From positions 31,558,001 through 31,622,000 of the forward strand of contig NC_043007.1 of NCBI RefSeq assembly GCF_006345805.1: 64,000 bases of DNA. Reading direction: 5' to 3'. Below, in pieces: positions 1 to 12,730 of this stretch (positions within the stretch are counted from its first letter, which is position 1; each line of letters begins with the position of its first letter). The translations under genes and the position numbers were made by a program. Under the pieces are notes generated by a model that was given only the letters and a program-made list of their open reading frames with translations, was not told the origin of the DNA and did not search any database. This stretch comes from Octopus sinensis. Taxonomy: Eukaryota.

Positions 1-234
1 ACAAATATAGTAAAAATTTTTTAAAACTATTCTCGGAGTATCGTAAATAAAAACTTTGTACTCACTGCGGAGGGAACTGAAGGCTATTGGAAGTGACACT
101 CGCATTGTCGACCTGTAGAAAAGTGCAATCTTGATTTCTGCGACAAGATACAGCAAAAACACCATCATCAACAACGACAAAAACAACAACAAACAATAAC
201 AGCAGCAACAACAACAATAGCAATTGTTTCAAAT

Positions 235-352
235 TCTGGCACAAGGCCAGCAATTTCGGTGGAGGGGGCTAAGTCGATTACGTTTACCCTACTGGTCAAC
301 TGGTACTTAATTTATCGACCCCGAAATGATGAAAGGAAAAAGTCGACCTCGG
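235..352 (-). mobile_element. SINE family B fragment
   Basis: ggcacaaggccagc...actggtacttaatttatcgaccccgaaatgatgaaagg...gtcgacctcgg. Confidence 0.8.
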
Positions 353-1002
353 GGAAATAATAATAATAATAACAATAACAATAATAATAATAATAATAAC
401 AATAATAATAATAATAATAAAGATATTATTATTATTATTGTTATTATTATTATTGTCACATTCATTAATTTCGCCAACAATAGGAAATATCTGGTTACTT
501 GATTAAAAGCCGGTTATTCATTATCCTATTACTCAATTAAAAGCTAACATATGTTGCCCTACTCACTGCTAATTGCTTATTTGTTTCGTGTGAATGTTGT
601 CCAACCAATGAAATGCCAGTTGAATAAATAGTGAAAGAGGCCGACAGAGGTTGTTTCCAGTTTACGTCGAGCGTTTCGTAATTTCGAAACATTATGAACG
701 TATTACCACTGCTGCAAGCATGCAAGCCCTGTTGTTTAGTATATCGGTAGCTACTAACATACTTATATCACTTACACACACTGATAAACAAAAGAACAAG
801 AAGAAAAAAAAACTGGTAATTATCTAAAATTGTTTCACAACGAAAATTAACAGGAAAACAACTAAAAGACAAAAAACAGAAAAAAAAAATGACGATCGAG
901 CCTCCATTTTTCTCTGTGACTTTTGGTACCTTTAGTTTAAAAAGCTTTTAATGAAAGGATTTCTAAATTGTCTGCTATTTATTGCAACACCCGAAGGTAA
1001 CG

Positions 1003-1805
1003 AGATGGTAGAATCGTTAGCATGCCGGGCGAAATGCTTAGCGGTATTTCGTCTGCCGTTACGTTCTGAGTTCAAATTCCGCCGAGGTCGACTTTGCCTT
1101 TCATCCTTTCGAGGTCGATAAATTAAGTACCAGTTACGCACTGGGGTCGATATAATCGACTTAATCCCTCTGCTTATCCTTGTTTGTCCTCTCTGTGTTT
1201 AGCCCCTTGTGGGTAGTAAAGAAATAGGTATTTCATCTGCCGCTACGTTCTGAGTTCAAATTCCGCTGAGGTCAACTTTGCCTTTCATCCTTTCGGGTTC
1301 GATAAATTAAGTACCAGTTACGCACTGGGGTCGATATAAACCGACTTAATCCGTTTGTCTGTCCTTGTTTGTCTTCTCTGTGTTTAGCCGCTTGTGGGTA
1401 ATAAAGAAATAGGTAATTCGTCTGTCTTTACGTTCTGAGCTCAAATTCCGCCGAGATTTGACTTTGCCTTTCATCTTTTCGAGGTCGATAAAATAAGTAC
1501 CAGTTGAATACTGGGGTCGATGTAATCGATTTAGCCACTTTCCGAAATTGTTGACCTCTTGCCAAAATGTGAACTTATTGCAACATCCCATGGCAGCCAG
1601 TTGGCAGAATCGGTAGCACACCGGAAAAAATACCAAACAGCATTTCATCGGTCTTTACATTTTGAGTTCAAATTCCGCCAAGGTTGACTTGACGTTTATC
1701 CCATTCAGAGTCGATGGAATAAGTACCAGTTGAGCACTGGGGTCAATGTAATCGACTGGTCCCCTCACCCAAATTTCAGGCCTGGTGCTTATAGGAGAAA
1801 GGATT
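1003..1805 (+). mobile_element. SINE family B cluster: one head plus three tandem ~184-bp body units, then a separate copy (1590-1805)
   Basis: Head ggtagaatcgttagcatgccgggc...ttctgagttcaaattcc; units start at ggtatttc/ggtaattc at 1043, 1227 and 1412. Confidence 0.9.
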
Positions 1806-2300
1806 ATTACAACAGCATTTTCACTTTCCTTTGGCGGGGAAGAAGGATAGGTAGTGTTTATCTGTCTGCTGGCTTTAACGAAAGAGGTTGTATGGTGGAC
1901 TGAAAGGACCAAAATTAGACATCTTCCTCTTTGACTAAACCCTCATCAACTTTATCAAATTTCACTTAATATGGAAAATGAGGATGGAGAAGGAAGTGCT
2001 GCCTTCCAGCAAATTTGTTGTATGGTGGGGCGAATGTGGCAAGAATAGTCCCAATGAACGGCCCTGCTTTAAGAATACGATTGAAGATTGATGAAGGGGA
2101 ATGAGGAAAGGGGACTCACCCTTGTGGTCAGAGCGACCGTGATTTTGTGGGGTTTCCACGAACAGTCCTCGGAAGCCTCCTCTTTTGGGAAAATTTTCTT
2201 GTTTGAATTTCTTACACGTCTCCATGTAAACCCACATCATATCATATCGTATTGCATCGTCCTCTACCGTCTTCTGTCTAATTTCGTAAACCCCTTGTGT

Positions 2301-2597
2301 GAAGGCGTTTGGCTTTGTGATTAGAATATTCAGTTCACGATCGTAAAGCCGTGAGCTTTGAGCAAGACATTTTATTTTTCATTGCTCCGGTTCACTCACC
2401 TGGCAAAAACGAGTAGTACCTGTAATACAAAAAAGGCCAACCTCGTCACATTCTGTGTCACGCTGAATCTCCCTGAGAACTACGTTAAGGTTACGCGTGT
2501 CTATAGAGTGCTCAACCACTTGCACGCTAATTTCACGAGCAGGCTTTTCCGTTGATTGGATCAACTGGAACCCTAGCTGTCGTAACCGACGGAGTGT
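2301..2597 (+). mobile_element. SINE family C (tRNA head plus CORE-like domain, long tail)
   Basis: gaaggcgtttggctttgtgattag...ttgagcaagacattttatttt...ctcacctggcaaaaacgag...gaatctccctgagaactacg. Confidence 0.8.
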
Positions 2598-3239
2598 AGG
2601 CTTGTAAAGCTCTTAGGGGTTAAATAGAGAAATGAGTGGATCCTTAAATTAAATTAACCGATCCACATAACCTTACATAACAGGTTTGGAAATAAATCAA
2701 GAGTTTAAAAAAAAGTATGCTTCGCTCTGCCCTCTTGTGTAAGACATCAGACAAACAACTAAAATCAATATTGAATTTATTGTTGTTGTTGTTGCTGCTG
2801 ATGTTGTTGCTGTTGCTGTTTTTACTGTTCTCGATTGATCACCTCATAAAATCGATCTGACTACAAACATTTTACATGATTTGCTATGAAATATGTGGTT
2901 TGACATTAAAAGAACTTTTGGCACACAAAATATTCCACTTATTTACGCAGTGGAACTACGTGAATTCAACACTGAATTTCATAACGCTGGCGCCTCTACA
3001 CGGATGATCAATCTGCTAGAAATAGCACCCAGGTCTTCTTGTCTTGTCTTTGTGTATCGTAATTCAAGCTTGGCTGCATTATGGGTATCGACCACAGTAT
3101 TTGACCAATACTCATCTTCATCGACCCTTGAAAGACTAAAGGCTACGTTGACCTCTGCAGGATTCGAAATCGGAACATAAAGGGCTTTAGCTAAGTATCG
3201 AAGTTATTTTGGTTGTAAGTATACACATCGGACAAAATA

Positions 3240-3410
3240 CTAAAGGGTATTTCCTTGTCTTTACGTTCTGAGTTCAAATTCTGCCGAGGTCGACTTTGCC
3301 TTTCATTTTTTCAGGGTCGATAAAACAAGTACCACTGGAGTCGATATATTCAACTGACCCCTCCCCTCAAAAACTGCTGGCCTTGTGCCAAAATTTGGAG
3401 CCATTATTAG
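3240..3410 (+). mobile_element. SINE family B body
   Basis: tacgttctgagttcaaattctgccgaggtcgactttgcc...ggccttgtgccaaaatttg. Confidence 0.85.
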
Positions 3411-3622
3411 TGGCACGTGTATAGTAGCCTTCTCGTCTTCTTGTCTTGTAACGGCATTCACCCGAAAGGGGCTGAAACCGGCTCCTGTTGAGGTCACCAC
3501 GCCACGGGTCAAAGCGGTCTACGCACGTCTGTCGGCCGCCGATTCTGCGCTGTGTTGAAGCCATTCCTGTTTCCAGCGACCAACGCCAAAGACTCGAGGC
3601 ACGGAAACGAATTCCATATCTT

Positions 3623-3655
<33 letters not shown>

Positions 3656-3689
3656 TTATAGATCGATACTAGTAGTAGTAGTAGTTATA

Positions 3690-4085
3690 GAATCGGTTGT
3701 GTGATTAAGAAGTTCTCTCCACAACCACGTGGTTTCAGGTTCAGTCCCACTACACGGCACCGAGCGCATGTGTTTCCAATTATAGCCCCGGACCTTCTGA
3801 GTTTGATTTGCTAGATAACTGTACGGAATCCTACCGCGTGCGCTTGTGTGTGTGTGTGTCTATGCATGTGCGTGCGCGCTCGTCTATTTTCTTCAACGCT
3901 TGTCAACAAGTGTTGGTACATTTACATCCCCCGCCACTTAGCGGTTCGGCCACAAGAGAGGGAACAGAATAAGCAGTAGACGTGAAATACACACAAGGAA
4001 TCGATCCAGTTTTATCGACAAAACTCTTCAAATCGGTGCTCCAGCGTGACCGCAATCTAATGATTGAAGCAGGTAAAAAGATTCC
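3690..4085 (+). mobile_element. SINE family A, old diverged copy
   Basis: ggttcagtcccac B box and a diverged head/tail homologous to 28221-28632. Confidence 0.7.
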
Positions 4086-4129
4086 AAGCGATTAATTAGT
4101 GACAGTAACAACAGCAGCAGAAACACAGT

Positions 4130-4520
<391 letters not shown>

Positions 4521-4761
4521 GTAGTATCACGGTTGTAACACCAGCTGTTGTTATATATATAGTAATGAACTTCGTGTATTACGAATCCTAATCTCCATCT
4601 ATTTACTTAGACAGAGGAGCCAAGATAACAACATTTCCAGACTTTTTTCTCTTATTTATCGCATTCTTTTTTCATTCTTTTTCTTTCTTTTCATGTTAAA
4701 ACATCTACGCACGATCGTCGGCTTTCGCGCTTTACTTTTACTCCATCTTGTTTTTTCTTTT

Positions 4762-4794
<33 letters not shown>

Positions 4795-4894
4795 TTTGCA
4801 TCAGAACATTGAAGCCATAATGGTTCCGACATTCTAAATACGCAATACTCGTATGTACGAGTTTATATCGACATACGTACATACGTACATACAT

Positions 4895-4901
4895 ACATAC
4901 T

Positions 4902-4976
<75 letters not shown>

Positions 4977-4980
4977 GTCT
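4895..4980. repeat. (TATC)n microsatellite
   Basis: Directly visible. Confidence 0.95.
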
Positions 4981-5551
4981 GTCTGTACACACACAACACA
5001 CACACCACACACACACACATGTCTATGTATACATTGTATTTATAAATAGATCGATAGATATAGAAATAGATGTTTACATACATGATTTTAGTGATGAGTA
5101 TATATATATGTATATATATATATATGCATGTATGTATGTATGTACGTAGACAAGTACGTACGTATGTATATATATGTACTTATATAAGTACGTACGTATG
5201 TATGCATGTATTTATGTGTGTGTATGTGTGTATGTATGTATGAATGTATATAAATTTATATATCTCTCTTTTTCCCTCTCTCCCTCTCTGTCTCACTTTT
5301 CTCTTTCCATCTCTCTCTCCTCTCTCTTTCTTTCCTTTCTCTCCCTCTCTGTCTCCCTCACTCTCTCTCTCCCCACCACCCTCTCTCTCCTCCCCCTCGT
5401 TCCCTCAAAGTGCATTGCTTCACCGTCCGCCGCGGCTGCTCACTACACCTGTCTCCTTTGTTATGTCGTCTCTTTTCAGAAAAAAACCGGTTATAATAGA
5501 ATATGTAGAACAAGTAGGTCACGTTGACAAATACGATGAAAATTCGAATGG

Positions 5552-5648
5552 TTATGGGTTTTGTGTACGAGCGAACGAAGAGCAATAATCCAGATAGATC
5601 TCCTTCAATCTGGTTTCTTCTGCTCTTGACAACGACCGGGCAAAGAGT
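5552..5648 (-). CDS. Candidate terminal coding exon (a+LFARSLSRAEETRLKEIYLDYCSSFARTQNP*), phase-compatible with 43071-43144
   Basis: Acceptor ...ctgataacAG (plus 5649-5651 = ctg), one nt, then 31 codons and TAA (5554-5552). The peptide is protein-like, in unique sequence between microsatellites. The acceptor pyrimidine tract is weak. Confidence 0.45.
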
Positions 5649-5856
5649 CTGTTATCAGTTTAAGATTTAGACATGTAAATACAACCCTTTCCACACACAC
5701 ACATACATTTACATACATACATAAATACATACCCACACACGCACATACATACATTTACATAAATACACACACACACCCACACACGCACACACATACATTT
5801 ACATACATACATACATAATTCGGTACTCCAATTGTCGACGCAAGCACATTCAGGGC

Positions 5857-5910
<54 letters not shown>

Positions 5911-6057
5911 ACAGGTGGATGGGAAGAGGGGCGGTCCAGGTATATGTATACAGACAAGGTTGTAGAGCGTGTACAACAATCATGAGATTCTCATGCTGGC
6001 TATGTCCTCGTGTCATCGGTAGGGCCGGTAGTATACTAGCTTGCACACACACACACA

Positions 6058-6099
<42 letters not shown>

Positions 6100-6103
<4 letters not shown>

Positions 6104-6350
6104 GGTTGCTGAAAAGTTCTTGGCTTTATTGGTGTCGTGAAAGGCTTGGTTGGGGGCCCAACCTTCCGAGTTCTTTTACAGGGCTTAGAAAAACTGAAGG
6201 ACCACAGCAATAAGTGTGTGAATCTGGGAGGGGAATATGTTGAATAAAATCATAATTAATCGATCTCTTGTATATTGGCTTTGGATAAAAGAAAATACAA
6301 GAGAATCAATTGTGATTCTATTCAACATTTCCCCTCTCATATTCACACTT
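6100..6350 (+). mobile_element. Mariner-derived MITE, same family as 47117-47336, with an inverted partial copy
   Basis: Left TIR gctgaaaagttcttggcttt, then GLEKLKDHSNKCVNLGGEYVE*. 6295-6350 is a reverse-complement partial copy of 6212-6273. Confidence 0.8.
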
Positions 6351-6361
6351 GTGTGTGTGCG

Positions 6362-6392
<31 letters not shown>

Positions 6393-7014
6393 ATGGCTTA
6401 GCCTGCCGAAACTTCGAAATCACTGTCAACAACATTCTTGTTTAAGAATAATAAGACTGTACTCTACAAAAGTATAGAGTAATCCATCGGATTAATGTAA
6501 AATTGTTCTTTTTATTATCACCGAACATAAAACAAACATTAATGTGTGTGTGTGTGTGTGTGTGTATTAGGTGTGTGTGTGTGTATTGGGTGTGTGTGTG
6601 TGTATTGGGTGTGTGTGTGTGTATTGGGTGTGTGTGTGTGTGCGTGTGCATTTTGCTGAAAGGAGGAGTTCTTAGTAATAAGAAATAAGTCAAGTTAAAG
6701 TATGGAAAGCTTTATAAGCAACATAGCAGCGGCTCACCTGCTCAAGCGGAGCCCAGCCCGATTTTGTTTCCGTATAACTTAGGTATTTGTTTCTTTACCT
6801 TCTCTCGAAGCGAAGATAACTTTAATAGATCTTGTAATGTATTTAAATGTCTTTGCTCTCTAAATTCATGCCTTTGGCCTCTTTGAGTTATGTATCTTAG
6901 CCCATATCCGTTTTAATTAAGCTAATTATCTCGGTATCATGGTTTCGACCTAGATTATCAGATGCTGTTTTACATCGCTGGTCACAATACGCTTTACATG
7001 GTTTTCGCTTTCGA

Positions 7015-7226
7015 ATGACGCTACCACCGCTGGTTAGGCGAGCAGGCCAATATTCCTTCTGATTGGAAGGGCAGTCTGTCACAGGGTCACCTATTTACAG
7101 CTGAGTCGACTGGATCAACGTGAAGTGTTTTGCTCAAGAACACAATGTGCCGCCCGGTCCAGGAATCGAACTCATGATCCAGCGATCGCGAGTGCAGTGC
7201 GCTAACAACTAGGCCACCAGTCTTCA
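7015..7226 (-). mobile_element. SINE family C
   Basis: gtgttttgctcaagaacacaa...ggaatcgaactc...ctaacaactaggccacc. Confidence 0.8.
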
Positions 7227-8489
7227 GGTGCAAATTATACTTCATTTTAATTATGCCAGTTACACCTTAAATATTCACCGCCCTTTTCGTATAGTTTTCA
7301 ATCTTACATCTACCTGAAATTAATGTTAAACAATACTTCGTTAATGGCTCGTACTCGAGGTAGCAAAAAGATGTTCACAACTCCCCACTTTTCTCCATCA
7401 AAATCACACCACCCGTTTCTTAATGACGTGTTAATTCGGAAGGATTTTGATGTCTTCAGAATATCTCCTTTTTCATTCAGAGTCCCAGGAAATCGTTGCT
7501 GAATGGTTGTTTATCTTCTCTTGAAGCGAAAATAGTCTCAGTCAAATAAGAATTTATCTCACACGATATTTAAAAGATTCTGTCTGCTTTAAGTATGATA
7601 CACAGATTGCTGTTTTAAACTAATACTTCTTCTGTTGCACATACCGAACACACACACTCACACACACTTATGAGTTCTGTTTTGCAGTGTACCCCGTATT
7701 GGTATATATACCTATATTTATATATGTGTGTTTGTGTGTCCGCGTCTGCATGCGCGTGCGCGTGCACAAACTGTACGCTGTCACTTCGTTTGTCAAAGCC
7801 TTCTCTTCCTCCTTCTCCTCATTGTTTTTTTTCCCCACTTTCTCCCTCCCCTCCGCGCCACCCCGTCACCTTTCACCTTCTTTTCTGCATTTCTCCGCTT
7901 TATTTTTCATTCTCTACTTCTCATTCCCGCTCCTCCCACCCCCTACCCGTCTCCCGTCCCCGCTCTGCTCTACCCAGTCCTTACATCATCATTATAAATC
8001 ATAACCACTGCCGTCGCTTCCACCATCTTCATCGTCGTCGTCTTGGTCGTCATCGTCATCATCATCATCATCATCATCGTCATCATCATCATCATCAACA
8101 ACAACAACAGCTCTTTGTGTAAACTTGGTTCAATGGCTTAATACAATAGACAGAGCGCTGAAATCATGTTTCCTTCTCCGTGACATTCACAAGGTTAAAG
8201 CTGCACCGAGTCTAGTTTCTTTTTCTGACGTTACAACAATGGCTAACAAGTCCTATTCTTCTTCAAGTTCAGAGCGGAATAAATACTTCATTGGAAGACT
8301 TTGAAAGATAATGATGCAGGTGCAAGACTGGGTGTGTGTTTGAGAAGTTCGCTGCAACCAAACTGTTTTCGGTTCGGTCCCGCTGCGTATTACCATACAC
8401 ATGTCTTTTATTATTATCTCAGCAGACCGACCGATGCTTTGCGAGTGAATGTTGGTCGACGGAAACTGTGTAGAAGCCTGCTGTATACT

Positions 8490-8610
8490 TATTCCTTTTC
8501 TGTTTAAGAGCGTAGGCTCGAAACATAAAAGACTTTCAGGAGTGTCAAACTAATACACCTGCTTGTTGTTTATACACCTGCCTTCGTCTTTTGTTTTTCT
8601 GTAATTTCAA

Positions 8611-8612
<2 letters not shown>
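8490..8612 (+). mobile_element. Penelope-like element terminal remnant with decayed hammerhead-like motif
   Basis: tttctgtttaagagcgtaggctcgaaacataaaag followed by a pyrimidine-rich tail ending at (TA)n. Homologous to 8647-8812 and 9870-10000. Confidence 0.6.
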
Positions 8613-8642
<30 letters not shown>

Positions 8643-8646
8643 TATA

Positions 8647-8812
8647 ACGGGAAGGTTTACGAAAATAAACAAAAGACGAAGGCAGGTGGAGTACAAATAA
8701 ACAAATGTGTTAGTATGGCGCTCAGGAATAGAAATAGAACAAGTCTTTTACGTTTCGAGCCTACGCTCTTCGACAGAAAGATACACAGAAAAGAAACAAG
8801 GAGAGAAAAAAA
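8647..8812 (-). mobile_element. Penelope-like element terminal remnant, inverted partner of 8490-8612
   Basis: Minus strand reads ctttctgtcgaagagcgtaggctcgaaacgtaaaag; faces the plus copy across a (TA)n tract. Confidence 0.65.
8745..8780 (-). ncRNA. Minimal type-I hammerhead-ribozyme-like motif (A6U variant)
   Basis: CTTT-[CTGTCGA]-A-GAGC-GTAG-GCTC-[GAAA]-CG-TA-AAAG: stem I CTTT/AAAG, stem II GAGC/GCTC, GUA triplet. The core deviates from CUGANGA at A6. Confidence 0.4.
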
Positions 8813-8843
8813 TGCGTGTAGGAGCTAACGGTTTATCATGGCG

Positions 8844-8911
<68 letters not shown>

Positions 8912-9234
8912 ATATAGATAGATAGATGGATGGATAGATAGATATACATGTGAGTATAAATGTATATGTCCATTTTTGTGTTTGTCCGCCTGCCATCCGG
9001 TGTTGGTTTCTTGACGTTCACTATAACTTAGCGGTTCGGCAAAAAAAGGTCGAATAGGATAAGTATTGTACATAAAAATAAGTACTAAGATCAATTTGCT
9101 CGATTAAACACCGCAAGACGGTGCTCCAGCGTGGCCGCAGTCCAGTGACTGAAAGAGAATATGAAAACAAACGTCTCTAAATAATGCGAAGTTGTCTCAT
9201 TTGACTTTCTTCTCGAAGACTGCAATTAACAAAC

Positions 9235-9580
9235 TCAAACACACAGACAGACATACACATACGCTCGCACGCACACACACACGCATGCTCACACATACAC
9301 ACACATACGCTTGCATGCACACACATACACACACACACACGCACCCACACTTACACACATTCACACGCGCGCACGCAAACACGCACAGCCACTCACACAC
9401 ACACACGCAAACACATATACACACACACACAAGCACATACACGTACACACTCGCACGCGCATACACACGCACTCACGCACGCGTGCACACACATACACAC
9501 TCAGACACGCACACGCCCACACACACACACACACATGCGCACACACACACACACACACAAACACACACAAATACAAACAT
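9235..9580. repeat. Degenerate (CA)n/(CG)n low-complexity tract
   Basis: Directly visible. Confidence 0.9.
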
Positions 9581-9869
9581 GCATACAAGTTTAACCTACT
9601 TTGCATTGTATATATTACAAGACCTCGGAGCAATTATAATTAATGAAATTAATCTGCATATAATTTAATTTTTAAATATTAAATGTCCGTTTGAGATCTG
9701 AAATATAATTTGAGTTTTATTTTTCATATTTAATCTAATATGTATTGTGTGACACAAACCAAAAAAAAGAAACAAAAATATCGGACACAGATATATATAT
9801 AACCAGTCGCCATGCTTGATCGCAAAATCCACAAGTTTTTTTTATATTCTCTCTCTGTTTTTATTCTCA

Positions 9870-10000
9870 TTCCTTTCTGTTGAAGAGCGTAGGCTCGAAA
9901 TATAAAAGACTTTCTCATTTTCCCGAGCGTCAAACTAATACAGTTGCTTGTTATTTATACAACTGTCTTCGTCTTTTGCATTTCTGAAAATTTCAGCCAT
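9870..10000 (+). mobile_element. Penelope-like element terminal remnant
   Basis: ctttctgttgaagagcgtaggctcgaaatataaaag...cccgagcgtcaaactaatac; same family as 8490-8612. Confidence 0.6.
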
Positions 10001-10008
10001 GTATATAT

Positions 10009-10088
<80 letters not shown>

Positions 10089-10102
10089 CTCTGCATATGT
10101 AT

Positions 10103-10134
<32 letters not shown>

Positions 10135-10170
10135 TGCGCTTTTCGACCTTTTCTGTAAATTTCAGCCATG

Positions 10171-10217
<47 letters not shown>

Positions 10218-10227
10218 ATTATATATT

Positions 10228-10275
<48 letters not shown>

Positions 10276-10345
10276 TCTCTCTCTCAGTCTTTGCATATGT
10301 ATACACACACACACACATATATATATATATTGCGCTTTTCGGTCT
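9979..10345. repeat. Tandem duplication of a compound microsatellite cassette
   Basis: Two units: ttcagccatgta-(TA)n-(CT)n-cagtct.tgcatatgta-(CA)n-(TA)n-ttgcgcttttcg. Confidence 0.9.
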
Positions 10346-10369
10346 TTTGACTAAGTTCAAAGTATAGAT

Positions 10370-10835
10370 AGGGAGATAGGCAAGCGTGACCATGTGGTAA
10401 GGAGGTTTGCTTCTCAACCACATGATTCCGGGTTCAATCCCACCGCGTGGAACCGTCGGCAAGTGTCTTCCACTATAGCTTCGGTCCGACCAAAGCTTTG
10501 TGAATGGATTTGGTAGATGAAAACTGAAAGACGTCCATCGCGTGTATATATCGTGTGTGTGTGTGTGTGTGTGTGTGTGTCTGTAAACACACCCACACTA
10601 ATTTGACAAGCGGTGGTGAAAGACAAACATAGGTACAGTGATACATACAAACACACACAAACATATACGATGGGTTTCTTTCAGTTTCCCCTCAACCAAA
10701 TCGATTCACAAGTCTTTGGTCGGCCCGAGGCTAGAGTATAAAACAACACATGCCCAAGGTACCACGCAGTGGAACTGAACTCGCAACCATGTGATTAGGA
10801 AGCAGGCTCCTTACCAACAAGCTGCACTTGCACCT
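10370..10835. mobile_element. Two SINE family A head halves in inverted orientation (plus 10370-10660, minus 10665-10835)
   Basis: Both halves match the family A head; they meet at (CA)n/(TG)n. Confidence 0.8.
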
Positions 10836-11274
10836 ATATATAATTTTGAAATCTAATAGGCTTTTAGTTCTGAATACGACGTAAAACACCAATTAATGGT
10901 GAACACATGTACCTGTATTTTATACATATACATACATGCATGCATAAATATACATATGCATAAATGCATATATATAAGTATACATAAATACACACACATA
11001 TACATAACCAACATATGCCCGTATGTATGTATATATATATACACACACACACATGGGCATATATGTTGGTTACCTAGTTGCGTAATTGGTTCTTTACGAA
11101 ACACCCAAAACTTCCCACCGATTGGATTACAAGATTATATCGTAATGAATCTGTGTTATACAGCTTGGTATATCTTTATTCTGCCAATGTATACCAATGT
11201 CTCCCAACGGATGTACAAGAAGTGCTTGTATGTAAACTTTAGAAACTGTACACTGTATTCGTGTATCTTGTACT

Positions 11275-11550
11275 TGCATCATTCATTGTTTCGTGGCCAT
11301 GCTGGGGCACCGCCTTGAAGAGTTTAGTCAAACAAATCGACCGTAGTGTTCATTGTTTTTTCCTTTTAATATCTGGTGCTTATTCTATCGATCACTTTTG
11401 TCAAACCGCTAAGAAACCAACACTAGTTGTCAAGTGTGAGGGGAGACAAACACACACACACACACACACATATACATATACATTCCGAGCTTCTACTAAG
11501 TTTCCGCTTACCAAATTCACTCAGAAGGCGTCATTCGGCACCTAAGGTTG
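11275..11550 (-). mobile_element. SINE family A, truncated diverged copy
   Basis: ggccatgctggggcaccgcc...tcttctttcagtttcc-like segments. Confidence 0.75.
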
Positions 11551-12079
11551 TTGGAGAAGACACCAAAGTCACCTTCTAAGTTCAAATACCGCTGGGGTCG
11601 ACTTTGTGACTTTGTTTTTCATCCTTTCAGGGTCGATCAAATAAGTACCAGCTATGCACTGGGGTCACTTTATCCCTCCTTTATATTGCTGGCCTTGTGC
11701 CTAAAAAATTTGAAACCAAATTTTGTAATTTTGGACTTTTAGCTTCGTCATCAGCAACCTACATCTTAGACATCAACGTCTGTACTGCGGCTTGAAAACA
11801 GCAATGTACAAAGATCACCCCTTATGTGAAGGCCCACACAATAGGCAGGAGATCCCTAATCTCAACTATCAATTAGCGTTACGGTTAGATATCATCTAAT
11901 GCTGCCAAAATGCTAATATTTTAGAATCGAACACCAAAACATACCCTGCATTCGATATTAGACTGCATAATTACGAGAAAATAGCACAAGGCCTAATGAC
12001 GGGCACGAACCATGTATGTATCTGTTGTTTGCCGGGCGATCGTGTCATCGCTTACACTGTAAGTAGGTTAGTCCTATAC

Positions 12080-12495
12080 TCTTTTTTTACTCTTTTACTT
12101 GTTTCAGTCATGTGACTGTGACCATGTTGGAGCACCGCCTTTAGTCGAGCAAATCGACCCCACGACTTATTCTTTGTAAGCCTAGTACTTATTCCATCGG
12201 TCTCTTATGCCGAACCGCTAAGTTACGGGGACGTAAATACACCAGCATCGGTTGTCAAGCGATGTTGGGGGAACAAACACAGACACACACAAACACACAC
12301 ACACACACAATATATATATACATATATACGACGGGCTTCTTTCAGTTTCCGTTTACCAAATCCACTCACAAGGCTTTGGTCGGCCCGAGGCTCTAGTAGA
12401 AGACACTTGCCCAAGGTGCCACGCAGTGGGACTGAACCCGGTACCATGTGGTTCGTAAGCAAGCTACTTACCACACAGTAATTCAAACGCCTATG
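12080..12495 (-). mobile_element. SINE family A, full length
   Basis: Reverse-complement match to 28221-28632. Confidence 0.9.
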
Positions 12496-12524
12496 GACAT
12501 TATTGTATCCAATATTAGGGCTCA

Positions 12525-12730
12525 TGGGGCCGGTTACTTGATTGCCATGATGTATAAGTGACCGAGATCACAACAGCCTCCCACTTACATGAACGGGACG
12601 CCGGTCCGTTGCAGGGCTATTCATTTACATCTAAGTAGACTGGAGTGTTTTTCTCAAGAATAGGATTCACCATCCAGTCGGGGAATCGAAGCCAAGATCT
12701 TGAAATAGTTAGTGCAGCACTCTAGCCTTC
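12525..12730 (-). mobile_element. SINE family C, diverged
   Basis: gtgtttttctcaagaata...gggaatcgaagcc. Confidence 0.65.

Noticed and set aside
3454-3463. ggcattcacc (complement of the miR-124 3' end), and taaggcac near 55483
   Set aside because: Only 8-10 nt matches with no precursor hairpin.
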